64,000 nucleotides of DNA. Source: a virus. Taxonomy: Duplodnaviria > Caudoviricetes. This document shows positions 9,995 through 20,140 of this stretch, piece after piece; position 1 is the stretch's first letter; each line of letters opens with the position of its first letter. Location of the stretch: positions 39,044 to 103,043 of the IMG/VR virus record IMGVR_UViG_3300012173_000004; one strand, written 5' to 3'. A program made the translations under genes and the position numbers. The notes under the pieces were generated by a model, which saw only the letters and a list, made by a program, of their open reading frames with translations, was not told where the DNA came from and ran no database searches.

Positions 9995-10231
9995 ATGCAG
10001 CTAAGTGAATTTGTACGCACTAGGGTAGAAGATGCCGTGAATGGTGTATTGACGTCAGCTCCTCCCCAATTAAAAACAGGTTACAAGACAACTGAGTTTG
10101 GAACATCGACAAGTCTAATTTCTTTTCTTTGTTTCCAAGCCTACAACACAGGTGATCCTCAGTGGGCTTACATGGCCACTGCTGTCACTAGCGTATATGT
10201 TTTAGCTCGAACTTTTGCAAAGCGGAGCTAA
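9995..10231 (+). CDS. holin-like small membrane protein
   Basis: GYKTTEF motif followed by two hydrophobic segments and a basic C-terminus; AGGAG SD. Confidence 0.5.
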   Translation: MQLSEFVRTRVEDAVNGVLTSAPPQLKTGYKTTEFGTSTSLISFLCFQAYNTGDPQWAYMATAVTSVYVLARTFAKRS

Positions 10232-10234
10232 TTA

Positions 10235-10864
10235 ATGGGTGCTCCTGTTTTAAGTAAGCTGGGTGGCAGTGCAGGGGGTAGCGGGACTGTAGCTGTAACT
10301 AACTTCCCTGCCGTCCAAGCTGTTAGTGCTGTTGATCTTGACATACGAAATCTTTCTCATAGCCAAGACTCCATTCGTATTGGCGATGGCACAGATCTTG
10401 TTGATGTTTTTGATCTCACTAACAGTAATCCTCTTGTTGTTGCTATTGTTGATGGTGCTGGTAATCAAATCACCAGTTTCAATGGTAGCAGTGGCATAAC
10501 GTTTCCAGCTAGGTCATCTGCAACAACTGTAGATCTTGTAGCTGGGAATAGTGCCAACCTGGATAGCAGTGTTATCCCCAACTTAAAAACAGGTAAATTG
10601 ATGAAAATAACTCTTTCATCTTCAGTTGCTTGTAAGTGGCTACTTAAGACGTTTGATGGAAGTGTAGAAACTAGTTTTGACATCATCTATACTAGTGGGC
10701 TACAGGGTAAGCCCACAGAGGCGTGGGAAACTCCTGATCCTTCCTTTATACTTCAAGTAGGTACGGGTGGTACTCAACTATTCCGCGTGGCAGTTACTAA
10801 CTTGGATCGTTCCAATGCCGCGGATGCACATGCAACATTTTATTGGGATGAGGTTACTACATAA
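10235..10864 (+). CDS. putative virion structural protein
   Basis: G/S/T-rich; C-terminus paralogous to 11104-11853. Confidence 0.5.
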   Translation: MGAPVLSKLGGSAGGSGTVAVTNFPAVQAVSAVDLDIRNLSHSQDSIRIGDGTDLVDVFDLTNSNPLVVAIVDGAGNQITSFNGSSGITFPARSSATTVDLVAGNSANLDSSVIPNLKTGKLMKITLSSSVACKWLLKTFDGSVETSFDIIYTSGLQGKPTEAWETPDPSFILQVGTGGTQLFRVAVTNLDRSNAADAHATFYWDEVTT

Positions 10865-11085
10865 TGGCTGATTTAACGACAAGTAGGCGACCAGTGGATC
10901 CTTATCCTGGTGTGACACTGAAAGCAAGACGCATTCAGTTAAACATCGAAGCGGTTAAGTTGGACATTTCCAGAGCGGAAGTTGAAATCTTGGAACATCT
11001 CGAAGTGATACAGCAGCGAGAAGGAACAATAGTTGTTCTCCAAGGCAAAGTGGCAGAATTAGAGGCGGCTTTAAACGATTCTTAG
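10864..11085 (+). CDS. small coiled-coil protein
   Basis: Heptad pattern; TAATG coupling to previous ORF. Confidence 0.5.
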   Translation: MADLTTSRRPVDPYPGVTLKARRIQLNIEAVKLDISRAEVEILEHLEVIQQREGTIVVLQGKVAELEAALNDS

Positions 11086-11103
11086 TGGTGGAGGGGTAGG
11101 ACG

Positions 11104-11853
11104 ATGGCGGATCAAAGATCATATTATCAGGGTCTAGATCTTGACACCGGCGCAGGCACGGATCGAGTTCTGGGTGTTAATCTAAGACTATCAGCGGATG
11201 GAGGTGCAATTGAAGCACTCGGCCAGAAGGCGATGATTTCATCTCTTCCGGTGGTCATTGCTTCAGATCAAACAGTAATTCCTGTTAATTTAACAGGTGG
11301 CACACTTACAAGTATCATCGGCACTGTAGGTGTTAACACAGAGTTGCCAGATGCAGTTGCGCTAGGTGATGCTACGGCCAATCCAACGGTTCCGGGCGTT
11401 GGCGCCTTTGCTATGGCTTACAATGGCGCAACTTGGGATCGTGTTCGCAGTGCTAACACTGGTCGTTTGCAAGTTGACGTCATAACTGGTGGAGGTTCAG
11501 ATACACCAACCAATCCAGTTAATGCCTATGTGACTATTTCAGGTCTCACAGCAGGCAGTGCTGATCATCTTACCACACCTGAGGCTGCAGGCAAGAAATT
11601 GGCTGCTGTTGAGGTTTGGTCCTCTGTCGCATTTAAGGCTTTCTTGCACACTGTGGATAACAGCGTGGAAAGCACCAATCCTCTCGTAGTTGGTGGCGGT
11701 GAGGCTTTTCAGCCTTTCAAATATAAGCCGTCCCATCGTTCTTATATTACTTTGGGAACGACTGCGGGTTTGGATGCCTTCCGTATGAAGGTTACTAACC
11801 TGGACGACGCCAACGCGGCAGACATTTACGCGACTTTCCATTATGAGGATTAA
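11104..11853 (+). CDS. putative virion structural protein
   Basis: 'LGQKAM.SSLPVVIASDQ' and 'YNGATWDRVR' segments; C-terminus paralogous to 10235-10864. Confidence 0.55.
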   Translation: MADQRSYYQGLDLDTGAGTDRVLGVNLRLSADGGAIEALGQKAMISSLPVVIASDQTVIPVNLTGGTLTSIIGTVGVNTELPDAVALGDATANPTVPGVGAFAMAYNGATWDRVRSANTGRLQVDVITGGGSDTPTNPVNAYVTISGLTAGSADHLTTPEAAGKKLAAVEVWSSVAFKAFLHTVDNSVESTNPLVVGGGEAFQPFKYKPSHRSYITLGTTAGLDAFRMKVTNLDDANAADIYATFHYED

Positions 11854-11855
11854 TC

Positions 11856-12512
11856 GTGGCGGACAAGCGCGACTTAGACGTTAACAATATTAGGGTTGCC
11901 GGCGGCACTCTCTCCATTCAGGGGGCATTGCCTGCCGGCACTAGTAACATTGGTTTTGTTACCGTTGCTGGTGGTACCATTACTGCAAGCGGCAGCTCTG
12001 CAGGCACTACTATATCAGTACTAGGGCCAGAAGCACATGATGCTCCTGTTGCAAGCAATCCTGTATTGAATGGCGCAATTGCTAATGATTCTGATGATAC
12101 TGCTCCTCCTAATAGAGTAAGTACTGAAAGTGATCTTGTTCGTCTAGTTGCTGATAGAGACGGCAGCCTTCATGTTCTACCCTACGGCCCTCAGGTTTGG
12201 GATTACCATGAAGACAGTTCAGCAGGACAATCTGCGGTTGTAGTTCATGCTGCGCCAGGCGCTGGCCTATCTTTGTATGTAAAAAGTGTTACTTTTGCAC
12301 TTGGTCAAGCTACAAGCATGAACTTTTGGCTCACAGTCGGTACTACCACTAAAGTACTTGGGCCGTTCTATCTTGAAGACAAGGTTGGTCGTGGTGTGCA
12401 CCTCCCCTTCCTGCAGCCAAAAAAGATAACTGTTAATAGTGACTTACGCATACATACCAGTGCTACAGTTACACATTCAGTAGACATCCTCGGTTTTACA
12501 GGTCAGGGGTAG
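11856..12512 (+). CDS. putative virion structural protein
   Basis: 'ALPAGTSNIG.V', 'AAPGAGLSLYV' segments. Confidence 0.5.
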   Translation: MADKRDLDVNNIRVAGGTLSIQGALPAGTSNIGFVTVAGGTITASGSSAGTTISVLGPEAHDAPVASNPVLNGAIANDSDDTAPPNRVSTESDLVRLVADRDGSLHVLPYGPQVWDYHEDSSAGQSAVVVHAAPGAGLSLYVKSVTFALGQATSMNFWLTVGTTTKVLGPFYLEDKVGRGVHLPFLQPKKITVNSDLRIHTSATVTHSVDILGFTGQG

Positions 12513-12520
12513 GAGGAAAT

Positions 12521-13219
12521 ATGATTGAAATTGTTTTTGATACCCCCAATAATTTTACGAGGTCAGATAAAGTACCTGCTTCGGAAATTATAGGCTTGAT
12601 GAGTGGTTGGGACTTCGATCTTAAGGACAACATCATTGTCAATGTTGCCAAAGACAATGTCTCGCCTGTTGATGGCCAGACCAATGAAATTCTAGATGTT
12701 ACTGATAGTTTTGGTAATATTTATACCAAAACAGCTGAATACTGTTTAGGTCGCAACAAGGCTGGTAGTGGTGTTGTTGTAGCTCAGTTTTGTGCCCGTA
12801 ATACTGTGGTCGCACCTAATACGACTGTACTTCAAATTACAGCACACTTCAGTTCAAGTGCAAAAGCCAAGGCAATTGCTGGTTCCGTTTTGAAGTCAGA
12901 TCAACCCCTTGAAGTTGTGGCTGTAGATTTTCGTACTGATATCAATTCTGACGCTGGTCCTATGGACCTTGTAGTTCCTGATGCTGAACACCTTTGGGTT
13001 CGTTCCATGGGTAAGGAAGGCGTCCATGGTTCTCTTACTACAACGATTTGGGGTTGGGATTGGGCGGCGGTTGGTACCAACGGCAGTCCTACTGCCTCTA
13101 ATATTTCAGTGGGTACGGAACTGGCTGTTGTTATGGGTCCTTCAAATCCAAGTAATCCTATTTGGTTATTCGGCGGCGACCACGTTTCTATTTATGCCGC
13201 TTACAAAGAAGTGGTCTAA
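12521..13219 (+). CDS. putative tail appendage protein
   Basis: Shares a domain with the C-terminal half of 13228-14631. Confidence 0.5.
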   Translation: MIEIVFDTPNNFTRSDKVPASEIIGLMSGWDFDLKDNIIVNVAKDNVSPVDGQTNEILDVTDSFGNIYTKTAEYCLGRNKAGSGVVVAQFCARNTVVAPNTTVLQITAHFSSSAKAKAIAGSVLKSDQPLEVVAVDFRTDINSDAGPMDLVVPDAEHLWVRSMGKEGVHGSLTTTIWGWDWAAVGTNGSPTASNISVGTELAVVMGPSNPSNPIWLFGGDHVSIYAAYKEVV

Positions 13220-13227
13220 TAACTATT

Positions 13228-14631
13228 ATGTCAACAGTACGCGGCGAAGACTTATTTGGCAGACCTAACGAAGCTCCCTTAGGTTTTCCCTGGGCATCAG
13301 CCTTTTCTGGTGCTGGTGGCATGAACCTCTACAATGGGCAAGTGACCGGAGCTACCAATAATACTGGTTTTTGTGCAATGTATTATGATTTAGCTATGGC
13401 AGGTTCTGATGGCTGGGTTAAGTGCCGCTTCAGCACCGCAGATGCTATTGATAATAGTGAAGGTGGTGTCATATTTCGATCAGTTGCGGGTACCACCAAA
13501 ACTTTTTCAAAAGCTGGTTATGGTTACTATCTTGCCAGTGGCGGCTGGAGTTTTCTAATTGATGGCTATATTGGAGGGGTATCTATTAGTGGTCCTAGTG
13601 AAAGCGCTGCGCCAACAGCACCTGATGATCTTGAGATAAGATTTTTTGGTAACATTTTAAGTTACTATTTGAATGGTAGTTGGCGCTGGGATGACAACAC
13701 CATGGATAATACCAATGTATTGATGGATGCAGGTGTACGGTGTGGTTTGTATTCCATGATTGGTACTTACAATACGCCAAGAATGGATACCTTTGAATAC
13801 GGTGACTATGCCTTTCAAACAGATAAAAATATGTTCGCTCCAGGAATCTTGTATCCTGGCCTTGGAACAATTCAATCGAAAACTGCTAATCAATCAAGTT
13901 TAGCTTTAGTTACAGGCGCCACAGCCGCTGCTGGGCGTTTAGCATGGGTAACAATCGCTGTTGATAATGCCACAACTACAGATGGTGATGGTGGTGCTGT
14001 CTCTTCTATCACAGATACCGCTGGCGGTAACACCTGGACAAAGGCCATAGAATTTCAAAATGGTCAGGGTTCAGCTCAAGCTGGTGCCGTAGTTTCTATT
14101 TGGTACAGTATACTTGTTAATCAGATAAATAGGGGCGGGACAATAACAGCGAACTTCACCAGCAACACTTCCCGTGATGCTGCAGCAATGGCAGGTGATT
14201 GCGTTAAGCTGCTTTCTGGTTACGATCTCCAAGTTTATACTACTATGACAGGTGCGTCAGATGGCGTCATTAATCCAGGAGATATGACGCTTACAGTTCC
14301 AGCGGGATATAGTTATTTGTTTGTAACTGGTTTAGCCGTTGAAGCTCCTGAAACAGATGCACATATACCCAGCGGAAATACTATCTTTCCAGCACCACAA
14401 TCCCGCATGCTTGCTTATCACGGCAATGGTACTACCGGCGGCGCGGCTGCATCTAATATGCTTGTGCGCACAGGTTATCGCATTGGTGATCATCGAAATA
14501 CTGTTATGGGTTGGATTAATGGTTTTTCAAACTCACGTGACGATGCCATGGTAGCTATTGCATTCCGTGCTGTTCCAAATACAGCGCCTGGCGGTTCGAC
14601 TATTTGGGGTGGCCTTGGTGGTTGGTACTAA
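13228..14631 (+). CDS. putative tail fibre/receptor-binding protein
   Basis: G/T/A-rich, beta-sandwich-like N-half plus repeated domain; ATG at 13228. Confidence 0.55.
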   Translation: MSTVRGEDLFGRPNEAPLGFPWASAFSGAGGMNLYNGQVTGATNNTGFCAMYYDLAMAGSDGWVKCRFSTADAIDNSEGGVIFRSVAGTTKTFSKAGYGYYLASGGWSFLIDGYIGGVSISGPSESAAPTAPDDLEIRFFGNILSYYLNGSWRWDDNTMDNTNVLMDAGVRCGLYSMIGTYNTPRMDTFEYGDYAFQTDKNMFAPGILYPGLGTIQSKTANQSSLALVTGATAAAGRLAWVTIAVDNATTTDGDGGAVSSITDTAGGNTWTKAIEFQNGQGSAQAGAVVSIWYSILVNQINRGGTITANFTSNTSRDAAAMAGDCVKLLSGYDLQVYTTMTGASDGVINPGDMTLTVPAGYSYLFVTGLAVEAPETDAHIPSGNTIFPAPQSRMLAYHGNGTTGGAAASNMLVRTGYRIGDHRNTVMGWINGFSNSRDDAMVAIAFRAVPNTAPGGSTIWGGLGGWY

Positions 14632-14686
14632 ATCCTCTTTAATGGGTTATAGTATTATTAAGATTAAGTGTAATGCGGGGTTTTCA

Positions 14687-15259
14687 ATGGTTAAGATTTG
14701 GCATGTGGTTGTACTAATACTAAGTATTTTCATTGTTTTGTTTTGGACGGAGGTTGGGCGGCCAGCTTCAGCACTACCACCCATGCAGGATTTGAAGACG
14801 CTTCAAGTGCAGCGTGTGGATGAATCCCCTTCGTATGAATTAGATTTGTATCATCATCAAATTTTTATTGCCAAACACAGCCTTCTTTATAGTTTTGGTA
14901 TTTTTAATCCTGGTGACATCACAAACGTTAGTGGTTGTACAGCTCTACAAAATCTCATAAACCTCTATAAGAAAGAGGTAGATCTTTTCATTGAGGATGG
15001 GATAGTAGGCGTTGGGGTACAATGGCGCATTCTTGTACGTGGTGTGAAAGGCGGAGAAGATTCCCAATATCTTTTAATAAGTTTTGGCTATAGTTTTTTG
15101 TTTAAACAAGGTCACATTTTATTGATACCCGTGGCAGTGGACGACACTATATTAGACACCCCATTTTTAAGTGGGTATTCTGCACCTGAAAATGCTGTCG
15201 TTCCAGCTTGTCTTGCCCTAGTTCAGCGCCTTGGTGGTAAGAAACGTACCTCTCTTTAA
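14687..15259 (+). CDS. exported/membrane-anchored hypothetical protein
   Basis: N-terminal hydrophobic helix from ATG 14687. Confidence 0.5.
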   Translation: MVKIWHVVVLILSIFIVLFWTEVGRPASALPPMQDLKTLQVQRVDESPSYELDLYHHQIFIAKHSLLYSFGIFNPGDITNVSGCTALQNLINLYKKEVDLFIEDGIVGVGVQWRILVRGVKGGEDSQYLLISFGYSFLFKQGHILLIPVAVDDTILDTPFLSGYSAPENAVVPACLALVQRLGGKKRTSL

Positions 15260-15266
15260 GGACTTA

Positions 15267-15650
15267 ATGGCCACACGAAAGAAAGCTCGGTTTTCTATCA
15301 CCGAGCGTGAAAACATACAGCGTTGGGTTGAAATCAACTCTAAGCTAGATCATATCATTGGCAAGCAAGAAGACTTTTGTAAACGTCTCGAAACTGTTAC
15401 AAAGACAGTAACTGTCCACTGTGATGCTGATACCCTCTATCAGAAGCACATGACTATGATTCTCACTGGTGATCCTGCAGACGAAACTAAGGTTGGTATT
15501 GTTGGGCGCTTAAAGATACTTGAAACAGAAAAGAAGCGTTGGGACAAGGCTACATGGTTTATGGTCTCTACAGTTATTGCCTTGGCTGTCACCAAGGCAT
15601 TTGAGTGGATTAAGTTTGCATTTACACAAGTCCCCGCTTTGCCTAAATAG
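15267..15650 (+). CDS. coiled-coil protein with C-terminal TM helix
   Basis: 'GIVGRLKILE..' followed by a hydrophobic helix. Confidence 0.5.
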   Translation: MATRKKARFSITERENIQRWVEINSKLDHIIGKQEDFCKRLETVTKTVTVHCDADTLYQKHMTMILTGDPADETKVGIVGRLKILETEKKRWDKATWFMVSTVIALAVTKAFEWIKFAFTQVPALPK

Positions 15651-15689
15651 TTAGTTGCCTCTTCCTGCATAAAAATTCTTTAATAGGTC

Positions 15690-16013
15690 ATGTTAGAAGT
15701 ACGTACTTCAAAACAGGATGATGAGTCTCGGTTAAAAGCTGTATATGTTAGCATGGGGGCTTTCCTTCATTTGTTTTCTAAGGATCTAAGGAATCCTTCG
15801 AAAATAGAATACGCCCACACCTCTGATGATATTCCTGACGATGCTGAGCTTGTTGGTATTCACTTGGATCCCCACACAATACATACTGTGGTGCTTATTA
15901 TGAGATCGCCACAATTTCCACTTGTTGAACCGGGGAATATTATACCTGAGTTACGGGTAATGCTTCGTGTAACACCAATTAAATTCATTTTGAAAGAGGG
16001 AGGTGAGGAATAA
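15690..16013 (+). CDS. hypothetical protein
   Basis: ORF track; 'IPDDAELV..SPQFPLV.PG..IP' pattern. Confidence 0.55.
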   Translation: MLEVRTSKQDDESRLKAVYVSMGAFLHLFSKDLRNPSKIEYAHTSDDIPDDAELVGIHLDPHTIHTVVLIMRSPQFPLVEPGNIIPELRVMLRVTPIKFILKEGGEE

Positions 16014-16221
16014 TGGATGTTACTATTAACTACACGTTTGGGCGATTTGAAGCCAAGTTGGCTACAGCTCAAATCAACGGTATCTTTTATGCTCGTAAAG
16101 GCAAAACTTGGGAAAAGGCCCGCGACGCTGTGCTAAAGGAAATCGTTGAAGATTTATCACGCTCTCCGGTCGTGCCGGCTTCTCAGCAAATCAAGCTCGA
16201 AGATAAGGCGGCGTAACCTGC

Positions 16222-16395
16222 ATGCCAATCCCAGATAAAGTATTAGTTAGTACACGTTACCTTTTCTATCTGGGATTGGCATTGGGTGTGATGATCGGCG
16301 CATTAGCAATAACAGTTTATAGAGGACCAAATTTACCATGTCCCTCACAGAAAGACTTCGCAGTCCCACGCGAATTTCCAAAGTTTCAGATTTAG
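16222..16395 (+). CDS. small membrane protein (57 aa) not in ORF track
   Basis: MPIPDKVLVSTRYLFYLGLALGVMIGALAITVY..; start codon lies within a 16-bp inverted repeat. Confidence 0.35.
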   Translation: MPIPDKVLVSTRYLFYLGLALGVMIGALAITVYRGPNLPCPSQKDFAVPREFPKFQI

Positions 16396-16679
16396 AGTTT
16401 TATGAATTACTGCTTAAGGTAGAGGTTATTCTACCTGGTGGTCGTTGCTTGACCACCAGCCGTGTGCTTACCAAACAGATGGCAACTGATTTACTACCAC
16501 CTGATCCTAATATTCACGAATATCATCACCACATCCTTCAACGCGAACAAAAAAGAACAAAGTATCTTCGAAGGCAGGAAATTATTAGATTTTATAGCGA
16601 TGAAATCGCTAGTCAGCTTACCCAGGCTCTGGAAACTAATGACAATATTGACGCTGCCTTGTCAAAGAGTAAAACATGA
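16338..16679 (+). CDS. hypothetical protein
   Basis: GAGGA SD, ORF track. Confidence 0.55.
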   Translation: MSLTERLRSPTRISKVSDLEFYELLLKVEVILPGGRCLTTSRVLTKQMATDLLPPDPNIHEYHHHILQREQKRTKYLRRQEIIRFYSDEIASQLTQALETNDNIDAALSKSKT

Positions 16680-17224
16680 GTCGTTGGAAATTTATACCTA
16701 AGAAAGTAGTTCATCATTGTGATGATCCAGAAGCTGATGCTACGGATTTTGCCCACCCTGCATATTGGCGAGGAGAGGATATGGGCGTCTTTGGTGCTAC
16801 GCGTCGCATACTTGAAGCTTTGGCCTTTGGTAAACAAGGTGGCGTCACAGCTAGTCCTGAACTTAATAAAGCACGTGAACTTGTTGAAGAGTGCCGTGAA
16901 TTAGTATATCAGGCGGCTGATGCCCTTCAGTGGTGTTCAGTTAGTAGTGACTTTGCTCTTGGTGGCCAAGCTCGAATAGGTTGGACTACTGTCATTGAAC
17001 CCGTGCTTCGGCGTTACTATTTATTAGATATTAACTTAAATAAGTTGCAAGGTGAGTTAAAGGAGGCGCGTTCCTATGCCTACAAAATTATGGATCCTCT
17101 TAATGTTCCTATTAGAAGGTTGCGCACAGTTAACCTCCGTGGCGTACACTGTAAATGGTCAGCCGTGCGAGACCGTGGAAGTGCGCCCCTCGTGGTTCTC
17201 AACCCAGGTTGTAACGGTGTGTAA
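16676..17224 (+). CDS. hypothetical protein
   Basis: 'DATDFAHPAYWRG' segment; ATGA coupling. Confidence 0.55.
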   Translation: MSRWKFIPKKVVHHCDDPEADATDFAHPAYWRGEDMGVFGATRRILEALAFGKQGGVTASPELNKARELVEECRELVYQAADALQWCSVSSDFALGGQARIGWTTVIEPVLRRYYLLDINLNKLQGELKEARSYAYKIMDPLNVPIRRLRTVNLRGVHCKWSAVRDRGSAPLVVLNPGCNGV

Positions 17225-17384
17225 GGATGATGTAGGAAAACCTTTCGGCTTTGCAGGTACTCAGGGCACTTCTCAGGTTGATGTGGCTGTAGGAGCGGGT
17301 CAAGCTGGTGTGGCTTTAGGAGCAGCCGGCATGATTCAGGACGCTTTGCGCAAAGGCACGAGTGTGCAGTTAAAGCTGCGGTAA
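17076..17384 (+). CDS. putative lipoprotein
   Basis: AAGGAGG SD; hydrophobic N-terminus with LEGC; overlaps previous ORF. Confidence 0.55.
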   Translation: MPTKLWILLMFLLEGCAQLTSVAYTVNGQPCETVEVRPSWFSTQVVTVCKDDVGKPFGFAGTQGTSQVDVAVGAGQAGVALGAAGMIQDALRKGTSVQLKLR

Positions 17385-17754
17385 TGTATTGGCCACCGGT
17401 TCTTCCACCACCAATAGCTTCAACACCACAAAGGAAGTGTCCAGCTTGTGGTAAGTGGCTATTAGTCAAACAATATTACGCCAGGCGTCCTATGTGGAAA
17501 TGCGGCATTTGTAAATTTTTCATTTGGCGGTTGAAGTAGTGTGTGCAAAAAGAACATACTTAAGACAGCACGAAGCTTGCGTTCTTACATATGAAGAACT
17601 GTACGATAGTTTTTGGTGTCTTAATCACAAGGTTTGGACAGAAGAAACATGTGGCGATCCCGATTGTAACTTTTGTTCTCTTCGCCCTGAAGCAATGGAA
17701 GTTAAAACTCCAGTTTCAAATATATTAGAATCCTAAAGAAGGGAGGAAAGAATA

Positions 17755-17937
17755 ATGGCTGCAAAACCATGGAAGTCTCACGAAAAGAACCTTATCAGTC
17801 GTACGGCATATGCTTTACGCAAAGGTAAACGCAGTAGTCAATACTCAGCCGTCAAGTTTTTGCAACGTATGCTGCCGAAACGTAGCTGGGAAAGTATTCG
17901 TAGCAAGCTACGGCGTAACATGGGCTTAATTGCTTAA
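17755..17937 (+). CDS. small basic Myb/SANT-like HTH protein
   Basis: PWKSHEKNLI..LPKRSWESIRSKLRR; GGGAGG SD. Confidence 0.55.
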   Translation: MAAKPWKSHEKNLISRTAYALRKGKRSSQYSAVKFLQRMLPKRSWESIRSKLRRNMGLIA

Positions 17938-18159
17938 TGCCCACGGAACTAATACTTACGGATGAGGATCGTAGGGATCTGCAATACCACTATAACCTCA
18001 TCCGTAGTTTCCCCTACACCACGCCCAGGGAAAATGTAGAATGTGCTATCAGTGGGCATGTGAAATCTTGGGTAAAGCTTGATTCCAAGATGTCACCGCG
18101 AAAGGAATATAGTAATGGTCCCTTCTGTGAAAGGTGCCATAAGTTAGCATGGGGGCAAT

Positions 18160-18768
18160 ATGTCTGAATTTCCAGTTCTTCCTATATTAGGTTACAGCGC
18201 AGCTCGCACAATGATTCAAAGCGGTGATGTCATGTTGGCCAGTGGCGCTTACACGTTTTCTAAACTTATTCAAAAGGCGACAGGCTCTCCCTGGAGTCAT
18301 GCTGCCTTTGTTATGAGGCTTGATACATTGGATCGTGTCATGGTTTTAGAGAGCATTGAAAGTCGGGGCGTCCGTACATTACCGCTCAGTGAATACATTA
18401 GTAACTTTGAAGGTACTGGCAAGGGTTACAATGGGCGCCTTGCTATTCTTCGTCACAAGCGCTTCGAAGAATTAGCTACTCCTGAGGGTATGAAACGCAT
18501 GGCCCAGTTTGCAGTCGATCGTTTTGCTTACCCCTACGATGAAGAAGAAATCGCACGTATTACGACACGCATCGTTGGCGCTCATTTGGGTTTCACAAAC
18601 GGTGAACTTAAACGCAACAACGAATTTATCTGTTCAGAGTATGTGTACGAGTGCTACAAGGCCTTGGGCATTGATGTTGTTTACGACAAGCGTGGGTTTG
18701 TCGCCCCCGCAGACTTTGCAAGAGATTCAAACCTGGATATTTTATTTGAGATCAACATATCTAAATGA
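18160..18768 (+). CDS. permuted papain-like (YiiX/YaeF, NlpC/P60 superfamily) enzyme
   Basis: GDVML, SPWSHAA (His) precedes FICSEYV (Cys). Confidence 0.8.
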   Translation: MSEFPVLPILGYSAARTMIQSGDVMLASGAYTFSKLIQKATGSPWSHAAFVMRLDTLDRVMVLESIESRGVRTLPLSEYISNFEGTGKGYNGRLAILRHKRFEELATPEGMKRMAQFAVDRFAYPYDEEEIARITTRIVGAHLGFTNGELKRNNEFICSEYVYECYKALGIDVVYDKRGFVAPADFARDSNLDILFEINISK

Positions 18769-18888
18769 ATGAATGCTTTGCAGCGGGTATAGCTGGAGGC
18801 TTTGTTGTAGTTCTGGCTTTTCTAATTCTAGCTTATATCATTGATACTCTTGAACAAGGGAGTAAAGATGACAAGGGCTAGTAACGAT

Positions 18889-18946
18889 GTGTCGGTAGCT
18901 TAATTGGTAAAGCTCCTGACTGTGGGTTCAAATCTCATCCAACACC
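18889..18946 (+). ncRNA. tRNA-like element lacking the anticodon arm
   Basis: Acceptor GTGTCGG/CCAACAC, D arm TAGCTTAATTGGTAAAGC, T arm GTGGG-TTCAAAT-CTCAT; only 8 nt between D and T arms. Confidence 0.6.
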
Positions 18947-19558
18947 TGTGGTGTAAAAATGGCACTTATAATTGCACTAGTTAACAAATCTAATTTAGCA
19001 GAAGTTTCTGACTATCAAGCAGATGTATATGTAAATGATCGACACATTGCAGGCCCTTTTGAAGTCAAGGGCCACAAACGTAGTGATGGCTGGGCAGCTT
19101 TAATACAACAATTTGCGGGACAAATTAAGAAAAAGGAGCACAAACGTGAAACCCAACAATGAAATGACACGCGTTGAAAGATTCGAATACTTTTCAGAGA
19201 TGATGGCGCCCCAACAAGCACTTATGCACTTGAATCGAGCCACAGGGAGAACAACGCGTTTAATAAAAGCAGCGTCTGAAGTTGCGAGGAATGGCTTTAG
19301 TGTTTTGATAGTTGTCAATGACGAGAAACATCAGCGCCAGTTAATGCAATGTGCCGATGAACTGGACATTGATCCTAGTCGTTTTAGTTGGGCTCACCTT
19401 AAAAATCGTGGCATTCAAGTTGATTGGAAAAATATGGAGGTCCATGGCTATTGGGTTGCAGGCCAGAAGTTTGATAAGATTTTCTTTGATGCCTTCGCAA
19501 TTGAAGACAACTGGCAAGCACTGTTGTATGAACTGCATCGTTTTGATGAAGAACCAAA

Positions 19559-19945
19559 ATGAGTGACCAGTTCGTAGTAATGACAGGCAGCCGTGAATGG
19601 GAACTCGCTGATCCTGTAAAGGAAGCGGTGTCATCTTTAAATAAGGAAGTAATTGTCCTCCATGGTGGCGCTCGTGGCCTCGACACATTAGCCCACAATT
19701 TCTGTCTTGAATTGGGGTTAAAGGTAATACCAATTTTTGCTGACTGGTATAAGTATGGTAAGACTGCAGGTGTTATAAGAAACACTACGTTAATTGAATT
19801 TAATCCAATTCTTGTTATAGGTTTTCTCATTGATAACATACCCTGTAACGGAACACAGGATTGTTTGGCCAAGGCCAGATTAAAAAATATCCCGACTTTG
19901 GTATGCCATACAGTTTATAACGCAGCGACGTTTGCTTGGGAGTAG
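19559..19945 (+). CDS. YspA/DUF2493 SLOG-family protein
   Basis: TGSREW, HGGARGLD, ADW.KYGK.AG.IRN, GT.DC. Confidence 0.85.
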   Translation: MSDQFVVMTGSREWELADPVKEAVSSLNKEVIVLHGGARGLDTLAHNFCLELGLKVIPIFADWYKYGKTAGVIRNTTLIEFNPILVIGFLIDNIPCNGTQDCLAKARLKNIPTLVCHTVYNAATFAWE

Positions 19946-19946
19946 T

Positions 19947-19989
19947 TTGCTTTACCGCTAATTTAACAATGATAATGTGTTAAATTAGC
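19947..19989 (+). promoter_or_regulatory. promoter overlapped by a 12-bp inverted repeat (operator-like)
   Basis: TTGCTT-18 bp-GATAAT; GCTAATTTAACA (19957-68) / TGTTAAATTAGC (19978-89). Confidence 0.55.
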
Positions 19990-20026
19990 TTGAAAGTAAA
20001 CCTTTTGATCTGTTTAAGGAGCTATT

Positions 20027-20140
20027 ATGCAGTGTCCCAACAAAAATCACCCATACAGCAATGATGGTAAATGGACTGTGATGCTTGATAGGATTACTGC
20101 TTTTTGTCAAGTGTGTGGGACTAAATGGAGTACTAAGTGA
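20027..20140 (+). CDS. 37-aa zinc-ribbon-like mini-protein
   Basis: AAGGAG SD; MQCPNKNH..FCQVCG. Confidence 0.55.
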   Translation: MQCPNKNHPYSNDGKWTVMLDRITAFCQVCGTKWSTK

